Of a stretch of DNA of 64,000 bases, positions 30,624-40,493 are shown one piece after another. Numbering within the stretch: position 1 is the stretch's first letter; each line of letters begins with the position of its first letter. A model generated the notes under the pieces. That model saw only the letters and a program-made list of their open reading frames with translations, made no database searches and had not been told where the DNA came from. Made by a program: the position numbers and the translations under genes. The DNA is from Nitrospinota bacterium (GTDB lineage: Bacteria; Nitrospinota; Nitrospinia; Nitrospinales; VA-1): NCBI GenBank assembly GCA_013349585.1, contig DUZG01000002.1, positions 39,348 to 103,347 of the forward strand, in the 5' to 3' direction.

Positions 30624-33600
30624 TTATTTGCTTTGTTCTGTAGAAGGAGCAGGCGAAGATTTAATTTTTGGTAGGGACTCGAGAATTTCGATGGGGGTCT
30701 GCAGGAAACCTTGAAAAATTCCCATCACCTTTTTTCCCAAAGAGGTAAAAGGAATCGCTGAAATTTTTGGATCTTCAAAATCTCCTTTCACATTGTAATA
30801 GGTTTTCAACAGACTTTTTTCATCACCAGCTGTTAATATTTTTCCTAAAAGAGGGATTTTTTTCAGGAACCGATCCAGCTTGGCAAGTGGGGCGACCCCA
30901 ACCACTGTATCTATATGATTATTTTTCAGATCAAAGGTACCGACGATGGATGTTCGACGGTTATCCGTCTCAAAAATAAAATTCTCTGTGTCAAAAATTC
31001 CACCTTTGGGAATAAAATCACCGGACAGTTGTTTAAATGAAGACCGAGTACTATCCTTCAAAGGCAATGCCCCAGGACCTGACCCAAAAAGTTTATGGAC
31101 TCCGTGCATAAGTTTTTCCTTATCCATCAAACCGGATCGAATATCCAAGGAAATTTTGCCCGATAATGATTTTAAAATCTCCGACCCGTCTTTGCCCTTG
31201 CCTTTTATGCTGGCATTAAATTTTTTAACATCCCCACTCAGGCTTTTATCAAATACATTGCCGAAAAGGCTAAAAACGTTTTCTGTTTTCACACCTTTGG
31301 CTTCCACCCTTCCCTCAAAAGTGCTGACTCCTTTTTCATCAATTGCATATTTACCGAAACTCTTAACCAATGGATTGTCACCCACGTTCAATTCTGTAAG
31401 CTGCAACACCTTATCGTTGAGTGAAAATTTTCCTGCGACCTTTTTCAAATGCAACATCTTGAAATTTAACTGGCCCACATCAAAAAGGATTTGTCCTTTT
31501 CCGTTTTGAAAAAAATCTTTCGTGACAAGAAAATCAATCACCTTCGCATCTTTCTCCTGCGATTCTGGCAAGAGTTCATCAATGTTAAATTTTTCACCTG
31601 TAAGAATCAACTCCAAGTTCGGAGAGTCACCACGTTTATAAACACCACTGATATCGACTTTGCTCTTAGCGGAGACGATACTGGCAGAGCGAATATCGAA
31701 TCGATTTTCTTTGAAAATTAATTTTGCATTGAGTAACCATTCCGATGGTATTTTTTCGGGCCGAATTTTTAAATTTATCAAATCCATTTTTCCCGCGAAA
31801 CGAGAATCTTCCAATTGATTCAGGTTTCCATTTCCCGAGATTTTAAAATTTACAGACCCATCCGCAGTCCACGAGTCTGAAAATATGTGAGAGGGAAAAG
31901 TTTGAAACTCTTCGGCTGCCAATTCAACTTTAAAGTCTGGAATATTCAAGTCAGGAATCTGCATTGATCCGGTAATTTTATTGCCTCTTAGTTCGTAGGA
32001 CCAGTCTTCTATATTCAGGCCATCTTTTTCAGAAAGCCTGCCTTTTGCTCTGAATTGATTGAGTGCATTTTCATTTTTCTTAATCAGGCTAGGAATTTTA
32101 TACCCAGTTCTTGTCAAATCTGCCTGCTGCTTAAATTTGAAATTTTCGGGAATGCCACTAATACTCATCGAAATATGCGCGGGACCCGAAAATTTAAAAT
32201 CACTAAAAACTGGAATATCTTTCAAGTCTGTTTGCAATAATTCAGACAGGTTCAGGCGCAGAGAAAATTCGGGGGCAGAAACATTATGCCTGTCGATTTC
32301 GCCTTCGAGATGCAAAGCAGAATTGCCATATCGACCCACAATATTATCCAAGCGAATATTTCCAGCATCATAAGAAATAATACCATTCAAACCCATCATG
32401 GCCTGCAACCGATCTCTATACTTCATCGAAAGGTTCTTTAATTCAATTTTTCCCCATTCTTTTTCAGTCTCTGGTTTTTCTGGATTCTCTTGATACCGAT
32501 AGTTGATAAGCACCCCCCCAGAAGTAAAATCGAGCCCTTCCTGCAATCCCACCAAGGCATCTCCCTCAATGATCCAATGTAAATCGCTGGAATCTAAATG
32601 ATATAAGGCTGTGCCCTTTTCCAGAGGTTCTCCATTACTTAAACCAAGCTCCCCATTCAAGTTGGTAAACTTGCTATTTGAAAAGTTTCCTGAAAGGTTT
32701 TTATATTGCAGGAACCTTATCCATCGCTCATTTTTTCTTTGAGCTACTTCCGGTGTATGGGTATAAATTATTTTTCCTTTTAAGTTTTCAATTCTAGGTT
32801 CAAATTCTTTTTCCGCCAGTGAAACGGATTGCAAATCAATTTCCCCTGCTATTGCCAATTTATCAAAATCTTCAAGTGGCCCCTTAATATTCAGCTTTAT
32901 ATTTGCTGAGCCTTCAATGTCAGAGTAAATAGAAATAGCATTATGAATGGGATGTCCTTTAAAGGCCTTCTTAAGAGTGCGGTGGAATTGCGCCATATCT
33001 ACTTTATTTTCTAGCGACAAGTCGGCGACCGGGCGGGTCATAAAATTTTCTATAGTTCCCCGCAAATTGGTTAAAGGCTGTTTCTCGTATCGGGCTTTGT
33101 GAATATGAAAACTACTATTACCTTTATCCAGCTTAAAGGTTCCTGTGACTTTTTTTAGTGGTGGAAACGGACTCTGCCAGTCCACTTTTCGCATCTCGAC
33201 TTCGCCGGTAATTTTTCTACGATTTTCAGGTTTGGATATTTCCCTTAGCTGGTTGAGTGTTCCATCAAACTTGAACGAATTAAATTTGATTGATCCATTT
33301 TTGAAAGTCTTATGAATTACGTCATGATATTCCTCTGGAAAAATCTTCAAAGGAAGGTAATCGATACTCCTATCAACTTGGAAAGCATCCGTTTTTAAAT
33401 TTATGAGAACATCGGGGTCTTTTGAAAAGATTTTCTTTAGAGAACCACTTGCTTTAAACTTGAATGGGCCAGTTTCTGTTTTCAACTCTTCAATATTGAT
33501 AGTGTCCTTTTCCATTGAAATTTTATACTCGAGGCCGCCTCGATGTGGAACGCGCGCATCTCTTATCACTGCCCGTTCCTGTTTGATTTCAGAGAAATAT

Positions 33601-34448
33601 TTTAAAACTCCTTCAGTTTTAAGAGCACCCCCTAAATTTCCAGAAAAGCTGGAATCGATGGATAACCAACCGGGAGTTTTCGCCAATACTTTTTTAAAAT
33701 AAGGTTGGAATCTGGAAACATTTAACGGGTTCAAACGAATTTTTCCATCAATCGAAATTCCCGTGAATCCTTTTTCCTCGGAAAAATTATCAAAGGCTCC
33801 AGAAACTTGAAAAGCAGTAGAAGCCCCGGAGCTGGGTATATCCCCTTTCAAGGTAAATTGGTAAGGAGATTTGACCAGGCTTTTCATTACTGAAAAATGA
33901 AGATGATTCATCTCTAGTGAGAGCGGCTTGTCTTTGGGCTGGTCTAGATAATCCAAAAAATGAACAGAACCGCCTTCTACCATAACCTGACTCATCAGAC
34001 TGACTTTTAGAACTTTAAATAGCTGGCTGTCGGCAGGTTGCGATATCCATTTTTGAACATCTCCCAAGCTAAATTGGCCTACCGCATTACGAACGACCTG
34101 GAGTGATGCCTCCTGGACAATGATCTGTTTGACTTCAACTCGTTTCTCTAAAAGGGGAAGAAGTTTCACGACCACCCAGATACTACGCGCTGTCAGTTCC
34201 GGTTCGGGGCCCCAACGTGATTTTACGGAAACGTCTTTTAGAAGAATGCTAAGTCCGCGAACAATATCCATTTCGGCATCGCCAATGGAAACTTTTCGTC
34301 CGGTCAATTCTTCCATTTTTTCTATGGCAAGATGTTTTACCTCCCCTAGGTTTCTAAGCTGATAATAGGCTAGGGAAAACACAGAAAACACGCCGAGGAA
34401 CAATACAAAGAAGGAATAAAAAATTACCCTTTTTTTTGAAAGCGGCAT
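30624..34448 (-). CDS. AsmA-family / YhdP-like large envelope protein
   Basis: 1274-aa ORF. N-terminal TM helix, an AsmA-like N-terminus, and a YhdP-like conserved C-terminal region (…VVGVAPLAKLDRFLKKIPLLGKILTAGDEKSLLKTYYNVKGDFEDPKI…). Confidence 0.75.
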   Translation of the reverse strand: MPLSKKRVIFYSFFVLFLGVFSVFSLAYYQLRNLGEVKHLAIEKMEELTGRKVSIGDAEMDIVRGLSILLKDVSVKSRWGPEPELTARSIWVVVKLLPLLEKRVEVKQIIVQEASLQVVRNAVGQFSLGDVQKWISQPADSQLFKVLKVSLMSQVMVEGGSVHFLDYLDQPKDKPLSLEMNHLHFSVMKSLVKSPYQFTLKGDIPSSGASTAFQVSGAFDNFSEEKGFTGISIDGKIRLNPLNVSRFQPYFKKVLAKTPGWLSIDSSFSGNLGGALKTEGVLKYFSEIKQERAVIRDARVPHRGGLEYKISMEKDTINIEELKTETGPFKFKASGSLKKIFSKDPDVLINLKTDAFQVDRSIDYLPLKIFPEEYHDVIHKTFKNGSIKFNSFKFDGTLNQLREISKPENRRKITGEVEMRKVDWQSPFPPLKKVTGTFKLDKGNSSFHIHKARYEKQPLTNLRGTIENFMTRPVADLSLENKVDMAQFHRTLKKAFKGHPIHNAISIYSDIEGSANIKLNIKGPLEDFDKLAIAGEIDLQSVSLAEKEFEPRIENLKGKIIYTHTPEVAQRKNERWIRFLQYKNLSGNFSNSKFTNLNGELGLSNGEPLEKGTALYHLDSSDLHWIIEGDALVGLQEGLDFTSGGVLINYRYQENPEKPETEKEWGKIELKNLSMKYRDRLQAMMGLNGIISYDAGNIRLDNIVGRYGNSALHLEGEIDRHNVSAPEFSLRLNLSELLQTDLKDIPVFSDFKFSGPAHISMSISGIPENFKFKQQADLTRTGYKIPSLIKKNENALNQFRAKGRLSEKDGLNIEDWSYELRGNKITGSMQIPDLNIPDFKVELAAEEFQTFPSHIFSDSWTADGSVNFKISGNGNLNQLEDSRFAGKMDLINLKIRPEKIPSEWLLNAKLIFKENRFDIRSASIVSAKSKVDISGVYKRGDSPNLELILTGEKFNIDELLPESQEKDAKVIDFLVTKDFFQNGKGQILFDVGQLNFKMLHLKKVAGKFSLNDKVLQLTELNVGDNPLVKSFGKYAIDEKGVSTFEGRVEAKGVKTENVFSLFGNVFDKSLSGDVKKFNASIKGKGKDGSEILKSLSGKISLDIRSGLMDKEKLMHGVHKLFGSGPGALPLKDSTRSSFKQLSGDFIPKGGIFDTENFIFETDNRRTSIVGTFDLKNNHIDTVVGVAPLAKLDRFLKKIPLLGKILTAGDEKSLLKTYYNVKGDFEDPKISAIPFTSLGKKVMGIFQGFLQTPIEILESLPKIKSSPAPSTEQSK

Positions 34449-34652
34449 ATAGTTTACAAATGTAAGATTAAAATACGTGTTCTACAGATGAGGAAAAAAA
34501 CAAAAGTGTAAAAACAATCAAAAGGTCTCCGGCGCTCTTCAGCCAAATAAAACCATTTTTTTCATAAAGTTATAGATCATTTGATGGCCTTCGTCTAGAC
34601 AAATCCCATGTTCCAATACACTACCTATTTAAGCCACTAAATTCCCTAGAAT

Positions 34653-35399
34653 ATGAACTCCTTCGACCACTCAACCATTTTTGGACTCAACCCTGTATTC
34701 GAAGCTCTTAAGGCTCGCAAACGGAGTTGCTATAAGCTTATCATTGAACAGGGAAAATCACAGACAAGATTAAATTTGTTGATCAAATTGGCGCGTGAAA
34801 ATAACGTGCCTATTGAGACAATGCCAAAAACAGATTTTCAAAAACAATACCGCAGTCTTAACCATCAGGGGGTAGTTGGTGTTTTTGCAGTTATCCAAGC
34901 TTTGGAGCTGGATGAATTAGTCCAACAGGCTTTTCAAAGATCGCAGTTGCCAGTTCTGGTTGTATTGGACAGCATTCAAGATCCGCAAAACCTCGGAGCC
35001 ATCATCCGCTCAGCGGAATCATTGGGGATTCATGGAATGATCCTTCCTAAAAATCGCACTTCCACTATAAATGAAACCGTTGCAAAATGTTCTTCGGGGG
35101 CTATCGAACATCTTCCCATTGCATGGGTCACAAACTTGACTCGAGGAGTAGAACAATTAAAGGAAAAAGGGTTTTGGGTTGCCGGAGTGGTTCCAGACGG
35201 CGACATCCCCTGCCATCAATATAAATTTGATACACCCGTGGTTTTGGTGCTGGGAGGAGAAGAAAAAGGCATTCGCCCTTTACTGAAAAAATCCTGCGAT
35301 GTCACCCTCAACATACCCATGCAAGGCGCAATAGGGTCTTTGAATGCATCGGCGGCGGCTGCAATCCTCTTTTACGAGTCATTACGGCAAAAAAAGTAA
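34653..35399 (+). CDS. rlmB: SpoU/TrmH-family RNA 2'-O-methyltransferase (RlmB-like)
   Basis: 248-aa ORF. N-terminal substrate-binding domain plus SPOUT motifs (DSIQDPQNLGAIIRSAE, VLGGEEKGI, SLNASAAAAI). Confidence 0.8.
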   Translation: MNSFDHSTIFGLNPVFEALKARKRSCYKLIIEQGKSQTRLNLLIKLARENNVPIETMPKTDFQKQYRSLNHQGVVGVFAVIQALELDELVQQAFQRSQLPVLVVLDSIQDPQNLGAIIRSAESLGIHGMILPKNRTSTINETVAKCSSGAIEHLPIAWVTNLTRGVEQLKEKGFWVAGVVPDGDIPCHQYKFDTPVVLVLGGEEKGIRPLLKKSCDVTLNIPMQGAIGSLNASAAAAILFYESLRQKK

Positions 35400-35437
35400 A
35401 CGATTAGAACATGGATCCTGAAGAGGTTAATCGAACC

Positions 35438-35641
35438 TTAAAGTCGATTATATGATCGCATACGACGCATAGCGGCTTTTCTTTTCTTCTTAGCCTCCTT
35501 CTGCTTGCGCTTTTTCTTCACGGAGGGCTTTTCGTAAAAACGACGGCGTTTTAACTCTTTCAACAAGCCTTCTTTGGTCATTTGTCTTTTTAGGACTTTT
35601 AATGCTTTTTCAACCTGATTTTGATAAACTGTTACTTCCAA
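35438..35641 (-). CDS. rpsU: 30S ribosomal protein S21
   Basis: 67-aa highly basic ORF (…EKALKVLKRQMTKEGLLKELKRRRFYEKPS…). TTG start. Confidence 0.9.
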   Translation of the reverse strand: MEVTVYQNQVEKALKVLKRQMTKEGLLKELKRRRFYEKPSVKKKRKQKEAKKKRKAAMRRMRSYNRL

Positions 35642-35773
35642 AAACCTTTACCTCCCAAATAAATGAAATTAATTATAATTCCCACAAAATATACGACCTA
35701 AATTTTACCAGCACTATGTTTTATCGTGAAGCTGGGGATTATCAACAAATATACCTGTAAAGTCAATAGCTGA

Positions 35774-36994
35774 ATGAAAATGATGAATCCCAGTCCCACA
35801 TTTCAATTAATCCGCATTATCCCCTTGTTTTTGTTCTGGTTAATGCTCCTTTCCCCAGACGGCCAAACAGAGGAATTTGCTGTCCCAAACTCGGGTTCGC
35901 CCTACCAAAACTTAGGTGATCTGGAAACCGGGAAAATACTGCATCTACCTACAGGTTTTACCGTCAATTTCGATCAAATGATGGACTCGATTGCCACGTC
36001 TCGGGTGATCTATATCGGTGAAACTCACGATAATCTCGAAGCTCATAAAGTTCAGTTACAAATTATAAAAAAATTATCCGAACAGTTCCCAGTCGCGATC
36101 GGATTGGAAATGTTTCGCCGCTCGGCTCAAGAAAAACTCGACCAGTGGCATACAGGCGAACTTTCCGTTAAAGAATTTAAAAACCTCTTCCACACAAACT
36201 GGGGATCGGGCTATCAACTGTATCAACCCATTTTTGATTTTGCCCGCACTAACCAAATAAAGCTGATCGGACTAAAATCTTCGCGCAAGTTAGAAAACAG
36301 TTTCCGTTCCGGCGATCCGGCTCCCGACAATACGTTTTATCCGGAAATGGATGATCAAGACCCTTATCATCGTGCCTATTGCATGGCGGCTTTTGGCGGT
36401 CACCGTGGAACAGAAAAAGCTCTGGAAAAACCCTATCGCATGTTGTTGCTTTGGGAAGAAACCATGGCACAAACCGTTTCGCGCTTTTTAATCAATCCGA
36501 AAAATAAAAATACGAAGTTGGTGGTTTTGAGTGGTGGGTTCCATATCCAATACGGATTCGGCATCCCTAAGCGTGCCTACCGTCGAATTCCACACGCCTA
36601 TTCCACAATTCAACCGACGATTACCCACATCCCAGAAGAATTGAAAGATCGTGAAATGATAGTAGAGAAAGTTTCCATCCCACTTTATGCAGCGGATTAT
36701 GCCTGGATGGTCGATTACAAAGTGTATGATAACGTGCGGTTGGGTGTGAGGCTGGCGCAGAAAAAAGAAGGCGTAAGCATAATGGCAGTAACACAACACT
36801 CCAACGCTGAAATCGCAGGAATTGTAAAAGGCGATTTATTACTGCGTATGGATGGGAAAAAGCTCACTCGAACGGAAGAAGTGTTGGAACAGCTGCAAAA
36901 CAAAAAATTCGATGACCACTCAACCTTCCACTTGCGCCGCGATGGTAAAGAACTAAATATTGAAGTGGTGTTTAAGAAAAAAAGTAATCCTTAA
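35774..36994 (+). CDS. ChaN-like (haem-binding uptake/Tiki superfamily) protein with C-terminal PDZ domain
   Basis: 406-aa ORF with a signal peptide. VIYIGETHDNLEAHKVQLQII…GLEMF is typical of the ChaN/PF04187-type fold. The C-terminal GVSI…GIVKGDLLLRMDG is PDZ-like. Confidence 0.7.
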   Translation: MKMMNPSPTFQLIRIIPLFLFWLMLLSPDGQTEEFAVPNSGSPYQNLGDLETGKILHLPTGFTVNFDQMMDSIATSRVIYIGETHDNLEAHKVQLQIIKKLSEQFPVAIGLEMFRRSAQEKLDQWHTGELSVKEFKNLFHTNWGSGYQLYQPIFDFARTNQIKLIGLKSSRKLENSFRSGDPAPDNTFYPEMDDQDPYHRAYCMAAFGGHRGTEKALEKPYRMLLLWEETMAQTVSRFLINPKNKNTKLVVLSGGFHIQYGFGIPKRAYRRIPHAYSTIQPTITHIPEELKDREMIVEKVSIPLYAADYAWMVDYKVYDNVRLGVRLAQKKEGVSIMAVTQHSNAEIAGIVKGDLLLRMDGKKLTRTEEVLEQLQNKKFDDHSTFHLRRDGKELNIEVVFKKKSNP

Positions 36995-37052
36995 TTTTTC
37001 CACCACAGATAAATACGGATTCATCCAAAAAAAAACCAAGATCCCTTTCGCG

Positions 37053-37275
37053 CGTCATCGAGAGCGACTGTAAGGAGCGCGGCGATCCAGACTTAATAAT
37101 ATCCCACTTTATTCGTAGATTGTTTTGCTAGCTAGAACTTTTTATTTGTTCTGGATTGCCACATTACCTTCGGCTCTTCGCAATGACGGATAAAGGTTTT
37201 GGTTTCACTCCCTTCTCCCATTGAGGGAGAAGGTTAGGATGAGGGGAATAATAATAGTTTCTACCCTCACCCTCT
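37053..37275. repeat. REP/MITE-like repeat cluster: inverted pair plus G/C hairpins
   Basis: 37053..37090 and 37151..37188 are imperfect inverted copies of the same roughly 38-bp unit and flank about 60 bp of AT-rich DNA. A hairpin CTCCCTTCTCCC/GGGAGAAGG follows at 37208..37232. Confidence 0.7.
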
Positions 37276-37462
37276 TTAAAAATTCCAGCGACCGCTAAGA
37301 AGAAAAAAAGCAAATAACCCTAAAATTAAAAGAGACTCAATTGTCGCCACGGGTTTTTAATTCGCATATCGGTAACATCGGTTATCCACTCAAGCGAAGG
37401 TTGTCGTAACACATAAAAAGGCTGAAAAGCCTGCTTGAAAGAAAACCCAAAAGTTTTGAGGG

Positions 37463-38622
37463 CTAAGCTAACTCAGAAAAGTTCTTTGCCTGACTGGCAT
37501 AGATGCAGGCAATAGCTAAATAGATAACAAAGAACCCTCCGATCACGCCTCCTAAACATGCTAGGTGTTTTCCCATGCTTTGACCGTAATTAGTTGTTTT
37601 TTGTGCAACCGAGAGAATCGTTTGAAAGTTTTGGAAACATCTGGGTCATTCAGCAAACTTTATTGTTCCAGAGCATAAAATATCCCCTGTTCCCTGGGCG
37701 CCTGTAAATCCCCCATCGCAAGTTTTAAAGTACGATAAACTCTGACCGCCCCTTCACTTTCTGTATCCTTAAAGTTTTTCCCAGGAGGGAAAACAGTATC
37801 TTCATTGAGTTTACAGTTATGAAATTTAGGAGCTCGTATAAAAGTAAAATCCCTAAAACTTGTTTTCGATAAAAATTTACGGTTATTAAAAACAACCTCC
37901 TCCTTGAGAAACGAACCTTTAAAATCAATCTCTGGGAAAGTGTCGTTGCTGTTTTCACCAGCTATTACTGAGAAATTCAAAGGCCCACGAAATTAGCATT
38001 TTTAAAATCTATCTCACCATTAAACTCTGCACCTTGAAAGTTTACAGTCGAATTAAAATTTACATCTCGGAATGAAGTATACTTGCCAAACTTTGCATCA
38101 AAGAAAAATGCTGCGTCAGATAAAGTGGCCCCCTGGAAATCAGTAAATTCTCCAAATTCTGTTCTCTCAAAAACACCATCCATATTTAGAAGAGCACCTT
38201 TAAAATTCACTTCCAAAATAAATACAGCTCTAGAAAATTCTGCTGTGTCAAAAAATCCTGGCTCCCTGAAAGCTCGCCCTACCTTGAAACTGTGTTACCA
38301 AAAAATAAACTGTGTCAACAAATAGAGCCCCCGTAAAGCTAATATTTGAGAAAATTTTGATCCGAAAAATCTATGATCTCTGGGAAAATCACATTAGAAA
38401 GGTTCATAATCTCATTATTATTTAAACATCGATCAATGAAGTCAAAGATGTCTTTATTAAACTATTTTTTCTTCTCTTCGCCCCAATTCTCTTTATTATC
38501 CTCTGGAACATGAAAAATGCAGTAGTTTAAAGACTCAGGTAGCGTTTCCTGAAACAACTTAATATGTGAAGTAAGCTGGCTCTCTGGAACTTTAAATTGA
38601 CAATTTTCTATATGGCAAGGCA
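37463..38622 (-). pseudogene. Pentapeptide-repeat protein with C-terminal TM helix, heavily degraded
   Basis: Pentapeptide-repeat translations (…FQGATLSDAAFFFDAKFGKYTSFRDVNFNSTVNFQGAEFNGEIDFKNANF…) are spread over three frames. There are several stops, including in-frame TAA 37660..37662. A Cys/His N-terminus starts at ATG 38622. The TM tail (GGVIGGFFVIYLAIACIY) ends at 37463. Confidence 0.7.
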
Positions 38623-38673
38623 TGCCTAACTCCTATTTTTTTACTAAATTAAATTAAGATTACCGGGAAGTTT

Positions 38674-38760
38674 GGAACGCCGCGCTCCTTCTGGTCGTTC
38701 GCGATGACAAAGCCCCGAGGGGGAAAAGGCAACCCCCTCAATCCCCCTTTTCAGGGGGAG
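38674..38760. repeat. REP-like repeat copy plus G/C-rich hairpins
   Basis: ggaacgccgcgctccttctggtcgttcgcgatgac matches the reverse complement of 37053..37090. It is followed by hairpins GAGGGGG…CCCCCTC and CCCCC-ttttca-GGGGG. Confidence 0.65.
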
Positions 38761-38899
38761 GCTAATCCTTCTTTATGTGCTATCCCTCTGATTTTCTGCA
38801 TTGAGCCGGTTTCACTAAACGTCCATCCAGAAGCTCAATTGAAATTGTTTCGCTGTGAAAGAATAGACCTATTGGCCGCGGGGCCTGCCCCGCATGAAG

Positions 38900-39172
38900 T
38901 CAGGAGTGGATATCAAAAGACATAAACTCTTGTGCCATAACCTCATCAATATCTAGCGAGGTCACATCTGCCGCGGGGGTTCCTTTGCGGCACCATGCAA
39001 TAAATTTTTCGAGTTGTGGTTTTTCGCCTTCGGCATGAATTTCTACCGTTCCCTCCGGCCGATTTTTTACCCAACCGAGCAAACCCAGTTCATCCGCTTT
39101 TTCTTTTGTTCCAGCACGGAACCAGACACCCTGCACTCGACCATGCACGTTGATGTGGGTCGCTTCTATCAT
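38900..39172 (-). CDS. acyP: Acylphosphatase
   Basis: 90-aa ORF with V.G.VQGV.FR and GWV.N signature motifs (VHGRVQGVWFR, LLGWVKNRPEGTVE). Confidence 0.88.
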   Translation of the reverse strand: MIEATHINVHGRVQGVWFRAGTKEKADELGLLGWVKNRPEGTVEIHAEGEKPQLEKFIAWCRKGTPAADVTSLDIDEVMAQEFMSFDIHS

Positions 39173-39188
39173 TTAACTTTTATGAAGA

Positions 39189-39428
39189 TCAATTTTTTTT
39201 CCTGTGAGCATCGTCAAACAAATGCTGCACTTCGCGACAAACTTTAAATGTACTGCCTTCGCCAATTTTCACACCAAACTTACCGAGATCACGCATGATA
39301 CGCTGAAACTCCTGCGTCTGGCCTTTGAAATTATCAATCAACGGACGAAAATATTTCTGTTCTTCTTCATCCAGGCGATCACAAATAATGCGAAGCCGGT
39401 CTTTTAATGGTTCGAAATTTTTTTCCAT
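39189..39428 (-). CDS. Small hypothetical protein
   Basis: 79-aa ORF, tightly packed between the cNMP-binding gene and acyP. No family recognised. Confidence 0.5.
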   Translation of the reverse strand: MEKNFEPLKDRLRIICDRLDEEEQKYFRPLIDNFKGQTQEFQRIMRDLGKFGVKIGEGSTFKVCREVQHLFDDAHRKKN

Positions 39429-39432
39429 ATTT

Positions 39433-39794
39433 TCACTCGTGAGAAATTTTAGTTACTGAAAGTCCCTGGCCCTTTTTTTTGCGTTCTATCATAAGATTCT
39501 TAAGACGCTGAACAGCAGGATTATCATCGAGAAGTAGAAGATATTTATCGCGAGTAAGAATGGAAGTTCGCAATCTTCCAAAGGGACCACCGCTGCAGAA
39601 CGCGCATCGTTAGAAATCAGTGCCATTTCATCAAAAAGATCACTTTCTTTCATGCTTGCCAACACCTTTTTATTGCCTCCAGCATCTATTATGAAAACTT
39701 CTACCTTACCTTTTTTGATAAGAAAAGCACTGGTACTATGTGTTCCCTGACGGACAATGGTCTTGCCTTTTCTGTACTCTTTGACAACAAACAT
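39433..39794 (-). pseudogene. Stand-alone cyclic-nucleotide-binding domain protein with one frameshift near its 3' third
   Basis: cNMP-binding pattern (…GTHSTSAFLIKKGKVEV…DLFDEMALISNDARSAAVVPLEDCEL…). The expected continuation ILTRDKYLLLLDDNPAVQRLKNLMIERKKK… is in another frame from about 39565 and ends at TGA 39433..39435. Confidence 0.7.
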
Positions 39795-39941
39795 GTTATT
39801 TTATAATAAACCCAGTTACGATATCACAACACTAACACTATAAAAAAATAGCACAACAAATTCAATCCCATTAAGAAGGAGGGGGAATATTTCGAATATT
39901 CACAAAAACTTAGGGACGAACTTGAGGTGAAAAAATATAAT

Positions 39942-40457
39942 TCAGTGGTTTCGAATCTTTTCTGAAGTTGTTATTCGTGCCTTGCCCGGATAACTCATAT
40001 GAAATCGTTTTAATTGGCGTTGGGTGGTTCGAATTTTCCGATGGTTTCTCTTCGTGGCATATAAATCCAGTGCTTTCCCCATATGATGTATAGCTTCACC
40101 ACCTTCTTTCAAATGATCGTACGCCATGCTTAAATTATAATGCGCCTGCGCGTATTTTGGGTTTAATCTTAAAGCTTCCTTATATGCCTGCACCTCTTCT
40201 TCATGCCGACCGAGTGCAAGATAAGCACGACCTAATTCATAATAGGACAGAAAATCTAAAGGGTCCTCTTCGACAATCGCATTTTGCCGATTGATTTCCT
40301 GCTTGGCCGCCTTGCGATAGGTTTTAAAATCTGTTTCCCCTGCCCCTATAGATCCCGAAAAAACAAACTGGCCGGCTAAAAGGAGAATAAAAAAAAGAGT
40401 CCTCTTGTTTTCAGGCAAAACATCTAACAGAATGTGTTGGGATATATTAAGAGTCAT
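39942..40457 (-). CDS. TPR-repeat protein with N-terminal signal/TM segment
   Basis: Start taken at ATG 40457 (MTLNIS…). The longer ORF in the track would run through the divergent AKR promoter and start. TPR motifs: YYELGRAYLALGRHEEEVQAYKEALRLNPKYAQAHYNLSMAY. Confidence 0.7.
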   Translation of the reverse strand: MTLNISQHILLDVLPENKRTLFFILLLAGQFVFSGSIGAGETDFKTYRKAAKQEINRQNAIVEEDPLDFLSYYELGRAYLALGRHEEEVQAYKEALRLNPKYAQAHYNLSMAYDHLKEGGEAIHHMGKALDLYATKRNHRKIRTTQRQLKRFHMSYPGKARITTSEKIRNH

Positions 40458-40493
40458 CTCATCAATGTAACATTTTTCTATTTTGAGGTAAGA

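Noticed and set aside
1273-38760. CRISPR array formed by the GC-rich repeats
   Set aside because: The copies are dispersed and in both orientations, with no regular repeat-spacer periodicity and no cas genes.
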